A DNA stretch of 59,849 nt from a bacterium (GTDB lineage Bacteria; UBA6262; WVXT01), in assembly GCA_046759165.1 (NCBI GenBank), contig JBHIBS010000002.1:1-59849 (forward strand). The letters are read 5' to 3'. The notes under the pieces were generated by a model. The model worked only from the letters and a program-made list of their open reading frames with translations. It was not told the origin of the DNA and searched no databases. Position numbers and translations under genes: made by a program. Below are positions 17,085 through 25,057 of the stretch, in pieces (positions within the stretch are counted from its first letter, which is position 1; each line of letters starts with the position of its first letter).

Positions 17085-17186
17085 ATGTGCAAAACTTGCG
17101 GTTGCACACCCTGTAAGTGTGGAAGAAAGATAGTAAATGGAGTCTGCGAGGGATGCGGTAAACCCTACGATGAGTGTACCTGTTAG
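17085..17186 (+). CDS. 33-aa cysteine-rich micro-protein (metallothionein-like?)
   Basis: MCKTCGCTPCKCGRKIVNGVCEGCGKPYDECTC, 10 Cys in 33 residues. Preceded by GGGGGTGAAAAAT-ATG, the strong SD context of this genome. Below the ORF-track size cutoff. Confidence 0.5.
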   Translation: MCKTCGCTPCKCGRKIVNGVCEGCGKPYDECTC

Positions 17187-17323
17187 AAAAAATAGCCTTC
17201 AAGTCACAAGTCAATCCTGTAAGAAAGGCTGGGGTACAATTCGGGGCTGTTGTCGTTCAAAAGAGGTATAAATACGGGCACTGAAATGCGGGTGAGAATT
17301 CTACTCTTTCCAAGAGGCTTCGT

Positions 17324-18067
17324 ATGCGTAGATTATCTTTATTGGTCAGTGTATTCTTTTTCTTTACGGTTCTTGCGTCCGCAGCGGTTGCGCAAGAAAC
17401 GTTTGAAAAGGATGTCATCCAAACATCCGCTGGCGAGCTGGAGATTACGTTTATTGGCCATGGTTCGCTGATATTTAGCTTTGGCGGGAAAGTTATCCAT
17501 GTGGATCCAGTAAGCCAGATGGCCGATTATACAAAGTTTCCGAAAGCCGACATCATCCTCGTAACCCACGAACACTTTGACCACTTCGACCTGAAAACGC
17601 TGGAGATTCTACGCACTGATAAAACTGTGCTGGTGTTGACCGAAACCTGCGCAAAGTGGGTCGAAGATGGTATCGTCATGAGGAATGGTGACGTCAAAAT
17701 CGTTGAAGGGTTGAAAATAGAGGCTGTGCCTGCATACAATATTGTTCACAAGGGCAGCAACGGGCGTCCCTTCCATCCAAAAGGAGTCGGCAATGGTTAC
17801 GTGATTATTTTCGGCGACAAGAGAGTCTATGTTGCGGGTGACACAGAAAATACTACGGAAATGAAAAAACTAACAGGAATTGACGTCGCTTTTTTACCGA
17901 TGAATTTGCCCTACACTATGACCCCGGAGATGGTAGCCGACGCCGCAAATGCTTTCAAGCCAAAAATCCTCTACCCGTATCACTACGGGAAGACCGATAC
18001 GTCCAAACTTGTGGACTTATTGAAGGATACCAGCGAGATCGAAGTGCGCGTCCGCGATATGAGGTAG
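17324..18067 (+). CDS. secreted MBL-fold metallo-hydrolase
   Basis: Signal peptide LLVSVFFFFTVLASAAVA and HxHxDH motif THEHFDHFD. Confidence 0.85.
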   Translation: MRRLSLLVSVFFFFTVLASAAVAQETFEKDVIQTSAGELEITFIGHGSLIFSFGGKVIHVDPVSQMADYTKFPKADIILVTHEHFDHFDLKTLEILRTDKTVLVLTETCAKWVEDGIVMRNGDVKIVEGLKIEAVPAYNIVHKGSNGRPFHPKGVGNGYVIIFGDKRVYVAGDTENTTEMKKLTGIDVAFLPMNLPYTMTPEMVADAANAFKPKILYPYHYGKTDTSKLVDLLKDTSEIEVRVRDMR

Positions 18068-18269
18068 GGATGATTGGATTTTCTTTCTCGATAGGGAAGT
18101 GAAGTTTTTTTCAACCCTTTTTGCCCACTACGTTTCCTCAGTTTTGACGAGTGTCGTCTCTTTCTAAAGAGTGACGGATTCCTTAGCGACTAATTCCAGA
18201 ATATGGTGATGGGAAGCTTTAGATATGAATAAGTGAGGCGACATAGCGCTTAGGAAAGGAGGAAGGATC

Positions 18270-19244
18270 GTGCAAACAAGAAAGTTAGGCTGGACAGGCC
18301 TTAACTTGTCGACTATTGGACTCGGCACCTGGGCAATGGGAGGTGGTGGTTGGAAGTTCAGTTGGGGTCCCCAGGATGACAGAGAGTCGATTTCTACCAT
18401 CCAGCACGCTCTTGAACTGGGAATCAACTGGATAGACACAGCAGCAGTTTACGGACTTGGCCACTCTGAAGAAGTTGTAGGAAAAGCTATCAGAGAATTA
18501 CGCGATAAGCCCATCATTGCTACCAAATGCGAACGGGTTTGGGATAAGGATGGGAATATATTCGGACGCCTGAAGAAGGAGAGTATCCGTGCTGAAGTTG
18601 AAGCAAGTCTGAGAAGACTCAAAATAGAAGTTATTGACCTCTACCAGATTCACTGGCCAGAGCCTGACGAAGACATTGAGGAAGCCTGGGGCGCTATAGC
18701 AGATTTGATAAAAGAAGGTAAGATTCGTTATTCTGGGGTGTCCAATTTTAGTTTAGAACAACTCAAGCGTATCCAACCGATTCATCCTGTAGCTTCTCTT
18801 CAATCACCTTACAGTATGCTCGAGCGTCTTATCGAAGAAGAACTCCTCGAATACTGTTCGGTAAACAATATGGGAGTAATTGTATATAGTCCCATGCAGA
18901 AAGGCCTTCTAACAGGGAAATTTACCAGAGAACGCGTGCAGAATTTGCCCGAAGATGACCACCGACGGAGAGACCTACGCTTTCAGGAACCCGAGTTGGG
19001 CGCCAATCTTAAATTGGTCGAAGAGCTCAGCTCTATTGCCGAAAAGAGCGGTAGAACCGTAGCGCAGTTAGCAATAGCGTGGGTCCTATGGCGTCCTGAG
19101 GTAACTGCAGCCATTGTCGGTGCAAGACGCCCATCTCAGATTGAGGAAACCGTTGTTGCTGGAGAGTCGGTGCTTTCTAAGGGACATATTGCAGCCATTG
19201 AGGCGTTACTTGACAAACGTCAAAAGGCACTGAACCAGAGTTGA
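18270..19244 (+). CDS. aldo/keto reductase
   Basis: GLGTWAMGG, IDTAAVYG, LYQIHWP and SGVSNF. Confidence 0.9.
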   Translation: MQTRKLGWTGLNLSTIGLGTWAMGGGGWKFSWGPQDDRESISTIQHALELGINWIDTAAVYGLGHSEEVVGKAIRELRDKPIIATKCERVWDKDGNIFGRLKKESIRAEVEASLRRLKIEVIDLYQIHWPEPDEDIEEAWGAIADLIKEGKIRYSGVSNFSLEQLKRIQPIHPVASLQSPYSMLERLIEEELLEYCSVNNMGVIVYSPMQKGLLTGKFTRERVQNLPEDDHRRRDLRFQEPELGANLKLVEELSSIAEKSGRTVAQLAIAWVLWRPEVTAAIVGARRPSQIEETVVAGESVLSKGHIAAIEALLDKRQKALNQS

Positions 19245-19798
19245 TCGGCTCGGACCCTCAGCTACCCGCAAACGGTCAGGCGAAATTGAGTCTGGAGGAA
19301 CTGAAATTGAAACAGAAATTCAATGTCAGACTTTCTTTACAGATTGGCTTTTTTGTCATTTTAGTGGGTTTTGTTCTAATTCTATCAATTATCAATCTCA
19401 ATTATAGAAGTGAATTGCAAGAGGCTCAAAAGCATAATAATGAACTTATCAATCAGATTAAGATTTTAGAATCTTCAATATGGCGATACGAGAGGTTATT
19501 GAGAAATCGGCCAAGACTATGGAGCTGGGACATTGAGAGGTTTAAAAAGAAGGGACTAAAACAGCCCCAGAAAGATATAATTGCGGACCTTAGAAAACAT
19601 AATGAGTTGATACCCTATGAAGGTGTCCGGGGTGGTAGAATGGGATTTTATTTCGAAGATAATATATGGGTGTTAACAAAGAAGTGGGTTCTTGCTTATT
19701 TTGAAGACGGACACATAGATGGATACATGCTGCTCGAATATCAAGTCTCAGATGATGGAAAAATTTCATGGAAAGTCATAAAATCATATTTGGATTAA
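19241..19798 (+). CDS. hypothetical membrane-anchored protein
   Basis: One TM helix (IGFFVILVGFVLILSII) then a soluble domain. There is no ATG near the 5' end; TTG 19307 after GGAGG is a plausible start. Confidence 0.55.
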   Translation: MIGSDPQLPANGQAKLSLEELKLKQKFNVRLSLQIGFFVILVGFVLILSIINLNYRSELQEAQKHNNELINQIKILESSIWRYERLLRNRPRLWSWDIERFKKKGLKQPQKDIIADLRKHNELIPYEGVRGGRMGFYFEDNIWVLTKKWVLAYFEDGHIDGYMLLEYQVSDDGKISWKVIKSYLD

Positions 19799-19937
19799 AT
19801 TGATAAAATATCTTAAGACCGGTATTTTTTATCTCCTGCTTACCCAAATCCTTCGCTACGTTCAGGGCTTGTTTTATGCTGGAAACGTTATTGGAAATGG
19901 TCAATAAAAAGCCATAAATATAGAGGAGAAAATAAAT

Positions 19938-20342
19938 ATGATTGGAAAATTATCTGAAAATATGTTAAGCGTGGTCCTTGAAACAGTACCTATTGAATTT
20001 TCAGTTATTGATGGCAAGGATAAGGTATCGGCCTGGAATAAACACGACTCACGAATATTCAAGAGACCAATTGGTGTTATAGGTAAGGATGTTCGTAACT
20101 GCCACCCCAAGAAGAGTCTTCACAAGGTGGAACAACTCTTACGAGAAATGAAAGAAGGATCCAGAGATAAAGCTCGCTTTTGGATTGATCTCCCTATCGG
20201 CCCAAGTGGTGAGAAGCAAAAGGTTCTCATTGAATATTATGCCTTAAGGGACTCTGATGGAAAATACATAGGTTGTCTCGAGGCGACCCAAAATATTACA
20301 GAAATACAATCAATTACTGGTGAAAAACGATTGCTCGATTAG
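19938..20342 (+). CDS. stand-alone PAS domain protein (as in DUF438-type sensors)
   Basis: VPIEFSVIDGKDKVSAWNK...GKDVRNCHPKKS...YIGCLEATQNITE. SD GAGGAGAA lies upstream. Confidence 0.7.
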   Translation: MIGKLSENMLSVVLETVPIEFSVIDGKDKVSAWNKHDSRIFKRPIGVIGKDVRNCHPKKSLHKVEQLLREMKEGSRDKARFWIDLPIGPSGEKQKVLIEYYALRDSDGKYIGCLEATQNITEIQSITGEKRLLD

Positions 20343-20382
20343 AATAGATGTCCAATTTAGTTTTATTGCACATGTCCGATAA

Positions 20383-20568
20383 CAGCACATTTTTAATCAT
20401 CTTGTCAGTAATGGACGACTAGGTTTGTTTTCGGCTCAAGGTGAAATTGCCTCTACGTTTGAAACGAAAGGCGAAATCATGAAAAATCTTAAGTCGGCGG
20501 GTTTACAAAAAATTGAAATAAATGATGTATCTGATATTTATAGAATCACAAGAGCTGAGAAACCGTGA
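20383..20568 (+). pseudogene. C-terminal remnant of a class I SAM-dependent methyltransferase
   Basis: Open frame with no start codon: ...HLVSNGRLGLFSAQGE...EIMKNLKSAGLQKIEINDVSDIYRITRAEKP*, resembling methyltransferase C-termini. Confidence 0.35.
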
Positions 20569-20742
20569 AAACGACATCGTATAACACAGCATATGAACTG
20601 TGCTCCTTCGTTCCTCGGCCTTCGCCAAATTGCTCCCTTCAGTCGGGACATCGCAAACATGGGATACCTTACCTGAAATTTTAACAGGTAGCTTGAAGGG
20701 AATATTATTTTTTGAACTTTTGAATAAATTTAGGAGGAGACA

Positions 20743-21276
20743 ATGGCTATTTTTAAGGATCGTATTATTCGCGCTGCTAAGCTAGATGTCCGTCTGTATG
20801 AAGAGGTTGAGGCTGACACAGGGGCAATGGGTCAGGCCATGGGGGTTGTTGTTCTCTCCAGTATAGCAGCTGGAGTAGGAAGCATTGCAAGAGCAGGTCT
20901 TGGCGGGATTTTTACAGGGACGATCGTAGCCCTTATTGGGTGGTATGTCTGGGCCTATCTCACTTACTTTATTGGCACGAAATTCCTTCCAGAGCCACAG
21001 ACTAAAGCAAACCCCGGTGAATTGTTGCGCACCATTGGCTTTTCGAGCTCCCCTGGACTGATTCGAGTATTAGGTATCATCCCTGGGCTGGCAGGAATGG
21101 TTTTTCTAGTAGCCTCAATTTGGATGCTTATGGCAATGGTGATCGCGGTCAGACAAGCTCTTGATTATAAGAGCACATTACGCGCCGTAGGGGTTTGCGC
21201 GATCGGCTGGATCATTCAAACGTTAATCCTTGTATTATTGTTTACTATTTTTGGTGGTGCAGCAAAACCAGTGTAA
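20743..21276 (+). CDS. Yip1-domain membrane protein
   Basis: N-terminal RAAKLDVRLYEEVEAD then 4-5 TM helices. SD AGGAGGAGA lies upstream. Confidence 0.75.
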   Translation: MAIFKDRIIRAAKLDVRLYEEVEADTGAMGQAMGVVVLSSIAAGVGSIARAGLGGIFTGTIVALIGWYVWAYLTYFIGTKFLPEPQTKANPGELLRTIGFSSSPGLIRVLGIIPGLAGMVFLVASIWMLMAMVIAVRQALDYKSTLRAVGVCAIGWIIQTLILVLLFTIFGGAAKPV

Positions 21277-21434
21277 TCCTTTTTCGTATAGCCGTCAAAA
21301 CAGTAGATAACAAAGCATTTGCGACTTCGTTTCACTTGGCCTAATTTGCTTGACAAGTTCGTAAATGCTCAATTGTTATATGAACGAACTGTCAACTACT
21401 ACCCAGTTCCCAAGCGGGCATTTAAATAATGTAC

Positions 21435-21463
21435 TTGACAAATTTAGTTTCCTATGGCATTAT
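21435..21463 (+). promoter_or_regulatory. sigma-70-like promoter (TTGACA-N17-CATTAT)
   Basis: Hexamers at 21435-21440 and 21458-21463, about 30 nt upstream of the ATG at 21495. Confidence 0.5.
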
Positions 21464-21494
21464 TTGAATTAAAAAACGGAGGGACAAAGAGGCT

Positions 21495-21779
21495 ATGGGA
21501 CAAAGAGGCTATCGTAGGGCCAGGGATTACAAGCGTTTTAGATCAGAGGTAGAAAAGGGTTTACATAAGGTTACCATAACCATTTCCGATGAAGTCCTTG
21601 ATTGGTTTTACCAGATGAGTAGGAGGATGAAAAAGAGCAAAGGTTATAAACTGCCTCGCTCTTACATAATAAGGGCCTTGATTAATGTCTCTATGAAATT
21701 GGACATTAATGTCAAAGGCGTTAAAACGGAGAAGGACCTGGAAGAAAGGATATTAGAGGCTGTCAAAAAGCACCAATAG
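21495..21779 (+). CDS. putative ribbon-helix-helix (CopG/Arc-like) protein X
   Basis: Basic N-tail, beta-strand KVTITISDEVLDWF, two helices and an acidic tail. Its ATG spans the junction of a 16-bp tandem duplication. Confidence 0.6.
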   Translation: MGQRGYRRARDYKRFRSEVEKGLHKVTITISDEVLDWFYQMSRRMKKSKGYKLPRSYIIRALINVSMKLDINVKGVKTEKDLEERILEAVKKHQ

Positions 21780-21834
21780 CTTGAAGCGATTGCTATTTTT
21801 TTTGTTTTCTTGAAGTATAAACCTCAATATTATA

Positions 21835-22104
21835 ATGAGGGCAAGGAGTATGATGTCGAGTAGAACGAAACGGACATCCGTATTGCTGAGACAAAAACAG
21901 ATCGATTTTCTGAATAGCTTGGCTAAAAAGATAGAAAAGGAAGGCCATAAGAAGATGTCGTGCTGCAAGATTATGAAGGTGTTAACCAAAACTCTGACAT
22001 GTATAAAAAAGCGGGACATTCCCAAGTGGAGAAGAGAAGAGGAGATTGAGAGAGAGCTTCTCAAGTGCCTTAAAAAGGGAGTGAAGGAACTGAAAGGGCC
22101 TTGA
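21835..22104 (+). CDS. putative RHH-like protein Y, copy 1
   Basis: 89 aa, RTSVLLRQKQIDFLNSLAKKIEKEG...; a paralogue of X in layout. AAGGAG precedes the internal ATGATG at 21850/21853, so the start may be there. Confidence 0.6.
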   Translation: MRARSMMSSRTKRTSVLLRQKQIDFLNSLAKKIEKEGHKKMSCCKIMKVLTKTLTCIKKRDIPKWRREEEIERELLKCLKKGVKELKGP

Positions 22105-22257
22105 TTAATGTCTGTATGAAATTGGACATTAATGTCGAAGGCGTCAAAACGGAGAAGGACCTGGAAGAAAGGATATTAGAGGCTGTCAGAAAGCAGCGAT
22201 AGCTTGAACCGATTGCTATTTTTTTTCTTTTCTTGAAGTATAAACCTCAATATTATA

Positions 22258-22527
22258 ATGAGGGCAAGGAGTATGATGTCGAGTAGAACGAAACGGACAT
22301 CCGTATTGCTGAGACAAAAACAGATCGATTTTCTGAATAGCTTGGCTAAAAAGATAGAAAAGGAAGGCCATAAGAAGATGTCGTGCTGCAAGATTATGAA
22401 GGTGTTAACCAAAACTCTGACATGTATAAAAAAGCGGGACATTCCCAAGTGGAGAAGAGAAGAGGAGATTGAGAGAGAGCTTCTCAAGTGCCTTAAAAAG
22501 GGAGTGAAGGAACTGAAAGGGCCTTGA
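22258..22527 (+). CDS. putative RHH-like protein Y, copy 2 (nucleotide-identical to copy 1 by eye)
   Basis: The same 270-nt ORF, 423 nt downstream. Confidence 0.6.
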   Translation: MRARSMMSSRTKRTSVLLRQKQIDFLNSLAKKIEKEGHKKMSCCKIMKVLTKTLTCIKKRDIPKWRREEEIERELLKCLKKGVKELKGP

Positions 22528-22970
22528 TTAATGTCTGTATGAAATTGGACATTAATGTCGAAGGCGTCAAAACGGAGAAGGACCTGGAAGAAAGGATTAT
22601 TAGAAGTTGTCAAAAACCAGCAATAGCTTGAAGCGATTGCTAATTTTTTTTCTTGCCTTGAAGTAAAGACCTCAAGATTATAAATCACCCCAACGAGCAT
22701 CATCTCCAGCAGAACGAAACAAACATCCCTATTGCTGGAAGAAAATCCTAAATAAGTAGAAAGAATTTACTCACGCTGCTCCATATCCATGCCATAGTCC
22801 CTTATTGTCATAGGACTCTATGTCTCTGCCCGCTGATTGTCGCTTTTTTTATCTCAAGGATATGGAAAGAGAATCCCGAGCGCTTTATCGACTAGTTGGG
22901 AGAAAGGGAGGCAAATGCAAGAAAGGAGGTGAAACAAAATCAAGAGCGGACTCAGACATGTGCTGAGTCT

Positions 22971-23085
22971 AGATTCACACAAGGAGGGTCGCTGTTCCGA
23001 CGAATAAGGAGGAACGGGCCAGCGACGCCTGCGAGTCGGTGAGCAGGCAGGTCACCGACTGAAGCGAAACGAAAGGAGGTGAAAC
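22971..23085 (+). repeat. mosaic leader repeat (L3)
   Basis: AGATTCACACAAGGAGG + GTCGCTG...AGCGACG...GCGAGTCGGTGAGC modules, shared with the minus-strand spacers 49537-49673 and 56881-56993. Ends AAGGAGGTGAAAC-ATG. Confidence 0.6.
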
Positions 23086-23604
23086 ATGCGTAAAATTGGA
23101 CAAATCTTCAGATTCTTAATCCCTGTCATTGCCTTGGCGGCCTTGGTGGTATTTATGACTGGAGCAGGGAGACGGAGAAGGGCAGCAGAAGAAAAGAAGG
23201 CGAAGTTCGACCAGTTTGTCCGTGACGCCTGGAACACAGGCAACGTGGACCCAATCGACGAAGTATTCGCTCCCAACGTTGTCTATCACGACTATCCCAA
23301 TCCTGATCTTGAAGGCCTCGAGGCCTACAAACAAAACCTTACAAATGTCCGCGGCGCCTTGCCGGACTTTCAAGTCACGATTCTCGAGAGATTCGTCGAA
23401 GGGGACACACTTATTTCACATTGGACCTGGCGGGGCACACACACAGGTGAAGCGTGGGGCCCTCCCAGTGGCAATGAGCTGTCAGGGACGGGATGCGACA
23501 TAGCCCGTTGGGTGGACGGCAAAGTCGTCGAGATATGGAATTATGCGGATAAACTGGCCTTCATGCAACAGCTTGGCCTTAAGTTAGTTCCTGCGGAGGA
23601 GTAG
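23086..23604 (+). CDS. SnoaL-like ester cyclase with an N-terminal signal/anchor
   Basis: FAPNVVYHDYP...GLEAYKQNL...FVEGDTLISHWTWRGTHTGE...VEIWNYAD. Confidence 0.8.
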   Translation: MRKIGQIFRFLIPVIALAALVVFMTGAGRRRRAAEEKKAKFDQFVRDAWNTGNVDPIDEVFAPNVVYHDYPNPDLEGLEAYKQNLTNVRGALPDFQVTILERFVEGDTLISHWTWRGTHTGEAWGPPSGNELSGTGCDIARWVDGKVVEIWNYADKLAFMQQLGLKLVPAEE

Positions 23605-23835
23605 GGCAGTAAGTAACCCCTGTAGCCTACCTTTCCGTTGAGGTAGGTTAGGAAATAGGTCAAAGATAATTGCCACCACATCGCCTAACACGGGGTTGCC
23701 GACTTCGCTTGGCCACGTCCGAATCGCCTCCTTTCTGCCGGCGACTTCGGCAACCCCGGAACCATTACGTAACCAATAATTCTTACTTCACTTTCGTGAA
23801 TATTTAAGATTACAATCTAACCTCGGTTTCGTAAG

Positions 23836-23932
23836 GCGAAACGTAGGAAAAAAGCAGACCCAAAAAGATAGACAAAAATCCTAAATCTACTTGAGCTTGC
23901 AAGTAGGCTTGGGATTTTTTATTTTATGGGAA
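23836..23932 (+). repeat. AATCCTAAAT hairpin repeat, copy b (terminator-like)
   Basis: 17-bp imperfect stem, 23877-23893 with 23900-23916, followed by TTTT. About 100 nt align with 26432-26529. Confidence 0.75.
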
Positions 23933-24346
23933 TTTATCGGGTTTCATGGGTTTTAGGGGAGTAGTATGTCCTCCCTTTAAATGGGTGGGATCAACACTTC
24001 TCAGGCCCAAGCTATACCCGATACCATAAATCAGCAAAAGCTATAGATTTAGCCTAAAAACCAAGGCTTTAGAGCAATATTTTCAATATCAGGCATTCTC
24101 TTTGGCGTGCTAAATGCCAATATTCAGGTCGGAAAAGTGCGATCCCGGTCGCCATGTCGCATCCAAGACTCACATATATCGATTTATTCAGTTCTCGTCA
24201 AGTTTATGAAAATAGAATCGAGTTTATTGACCTTGCCTGGGGATTCGTTTCTCAAAATTCAGCTCACAGGTGCAAATGAGACTCCGTGCCGAAGAATTGG
24301 GAAGGGAGAAATCGTCGGGTCTAGTCTGGACTGGAGAGGAAAATAG

Positions 24347-24376
24347 TTGACCTACAGAAATCTTTTTTGCTATGAT
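24347..24376 (+). promoter_or_regulatory. sigma-70-like promoter (TTGACC-N18-TATGAT)
   Basis: Hexamers at 24347-24352 and 24371-24376, about 30 nt before the ATG at 24405. Confidence 0.45.
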
Positions 24377-24404
24377 TTCAAAGGTTTCTTTAGAGGACCG
24401 CTAA

Positions 24405-24578
24405 ATGAGCATGAAATTAAGCAAAAGAATAAAAATACTGCTTTTGGTTGTTGGCCTTTTAGCTTCGGTAATTTTAGCCTGTTGGGGCCTTAAGCCCGCT
24501 GCCCAACCACGGCTATTCTTAAATGTTGTCTTACCAACTCTGATTCTTATAGGTGTCTTCTTTATCGTCATACAATAA
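24405..24578 (+). CDS. 57-aa two-TM membrane micro-protein
   Basis: MSMKLSKRIKILLLVVGLLASVILACWGL...VVLPTLILIGVFFIVIQ. Below the ORF-track cutoff; a promoter lies just upstream. Confidence 0.45.
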   Translation: MSMKLSKRIKILLLVVGLLASVILACWGLKPAAQPRLFLNVVLPTLILIGVFFIVIQ

Positions 24579-24683
24579 AATGGGACTCCTGCGGAAATGC
24601 GGAAAGGGTAAGAACCAGATGAAGGAGACAGGGCAATTAAGATTAAAAGAATCATAGCGAGGGAATGGCCAATTCTCCTTATA

Positions 24684-25019
24684 TTGTTACTTGTTGGTTT
24701 AGCCGATTATATTTTAGATGATTACTTGAAGTGGAAAGAAGCATCTTTTCTAAAAGAAGAACGGGGAAAAGAAGAATGGGGAGTAGTCGATTTAGAAGAA
24801 CTGATGAGAAGATTAAAAGAAATATATGAGCCAGAAGGCAGGATAACCATCTCGAAATTACGGATAAAATCTGAACCAAAGTATAGACCTTTTGTGGGAG
24901 GGTCGACGCGCTTCTTTCTTTTAGCGATTCCTTACCTTTTATTTTTATGTTTTCGTTATATAGTCCTGTCAATAAAGCAATTAGTGAAGGAAGAACCCAA
25001 AAAATTGAAAAAACTATGA
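24684..25019 (+). CDS. hypothetical membrane protein
   Basis: Hydrophobic N- and C-terminal segments. The start codon is unclear (the frame is open from 24658) and there is no family match. Confidence 0.35.
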   Translation: MLLVGLADYILDDYLKWKEASFLKEERGKEEWGVVDLEELMRRLKEIYEPEGRITISKLRIKSEPKYRPFVGGSTRFFLLAIPYLLFLCFRYIVLSIKQLVKEEPKKLKKL

Positions 25020-25057
25020 TGAACAAACAGGATTGAAATTAATGGGATTTTAAGAAA

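Larger units (their letters stand above)
21673..22740 (+). repeat. tandem array, 2 full + 1 degenerate copies of a 423-bp unit
   Basis: Unit starts GGGCCTTGATTAATGTCT at 21673, 22096 and 22519, an exact 423-nt period. The third unit is diverged. Confidence 0.92.

Noticed and set aside
21753-22703. Minus-strand ORFs of 103 aa and 175 aa across the RHH tandem array.
   Set aside because: They are antisense shadows of the duplicated plus-strand genes. They have Leu/Ser/Ile-rich low-complexity sequence and no SD, and their repetition merely mirrors the DNA repeat.
22919-22932. Orphan AAGGAGGTGAAACA Shine-Dalgarno (also one on the minus strand near 51395) as the start of a hidden micro-gene.
   Set aside because: No ATG, GTG or TTG lies at a usable distance; at 22934 the expected ATG position reads ATC. 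It is more likely a dead copy of the leader module.
24107-24346. 79-aa ORF in the 800-bp gap.
   Set aside because: It has no SD and an alternative start. It shows no recognisable motif, and it ends just before (within 1 nt of) the candidate promoter of the next gene.
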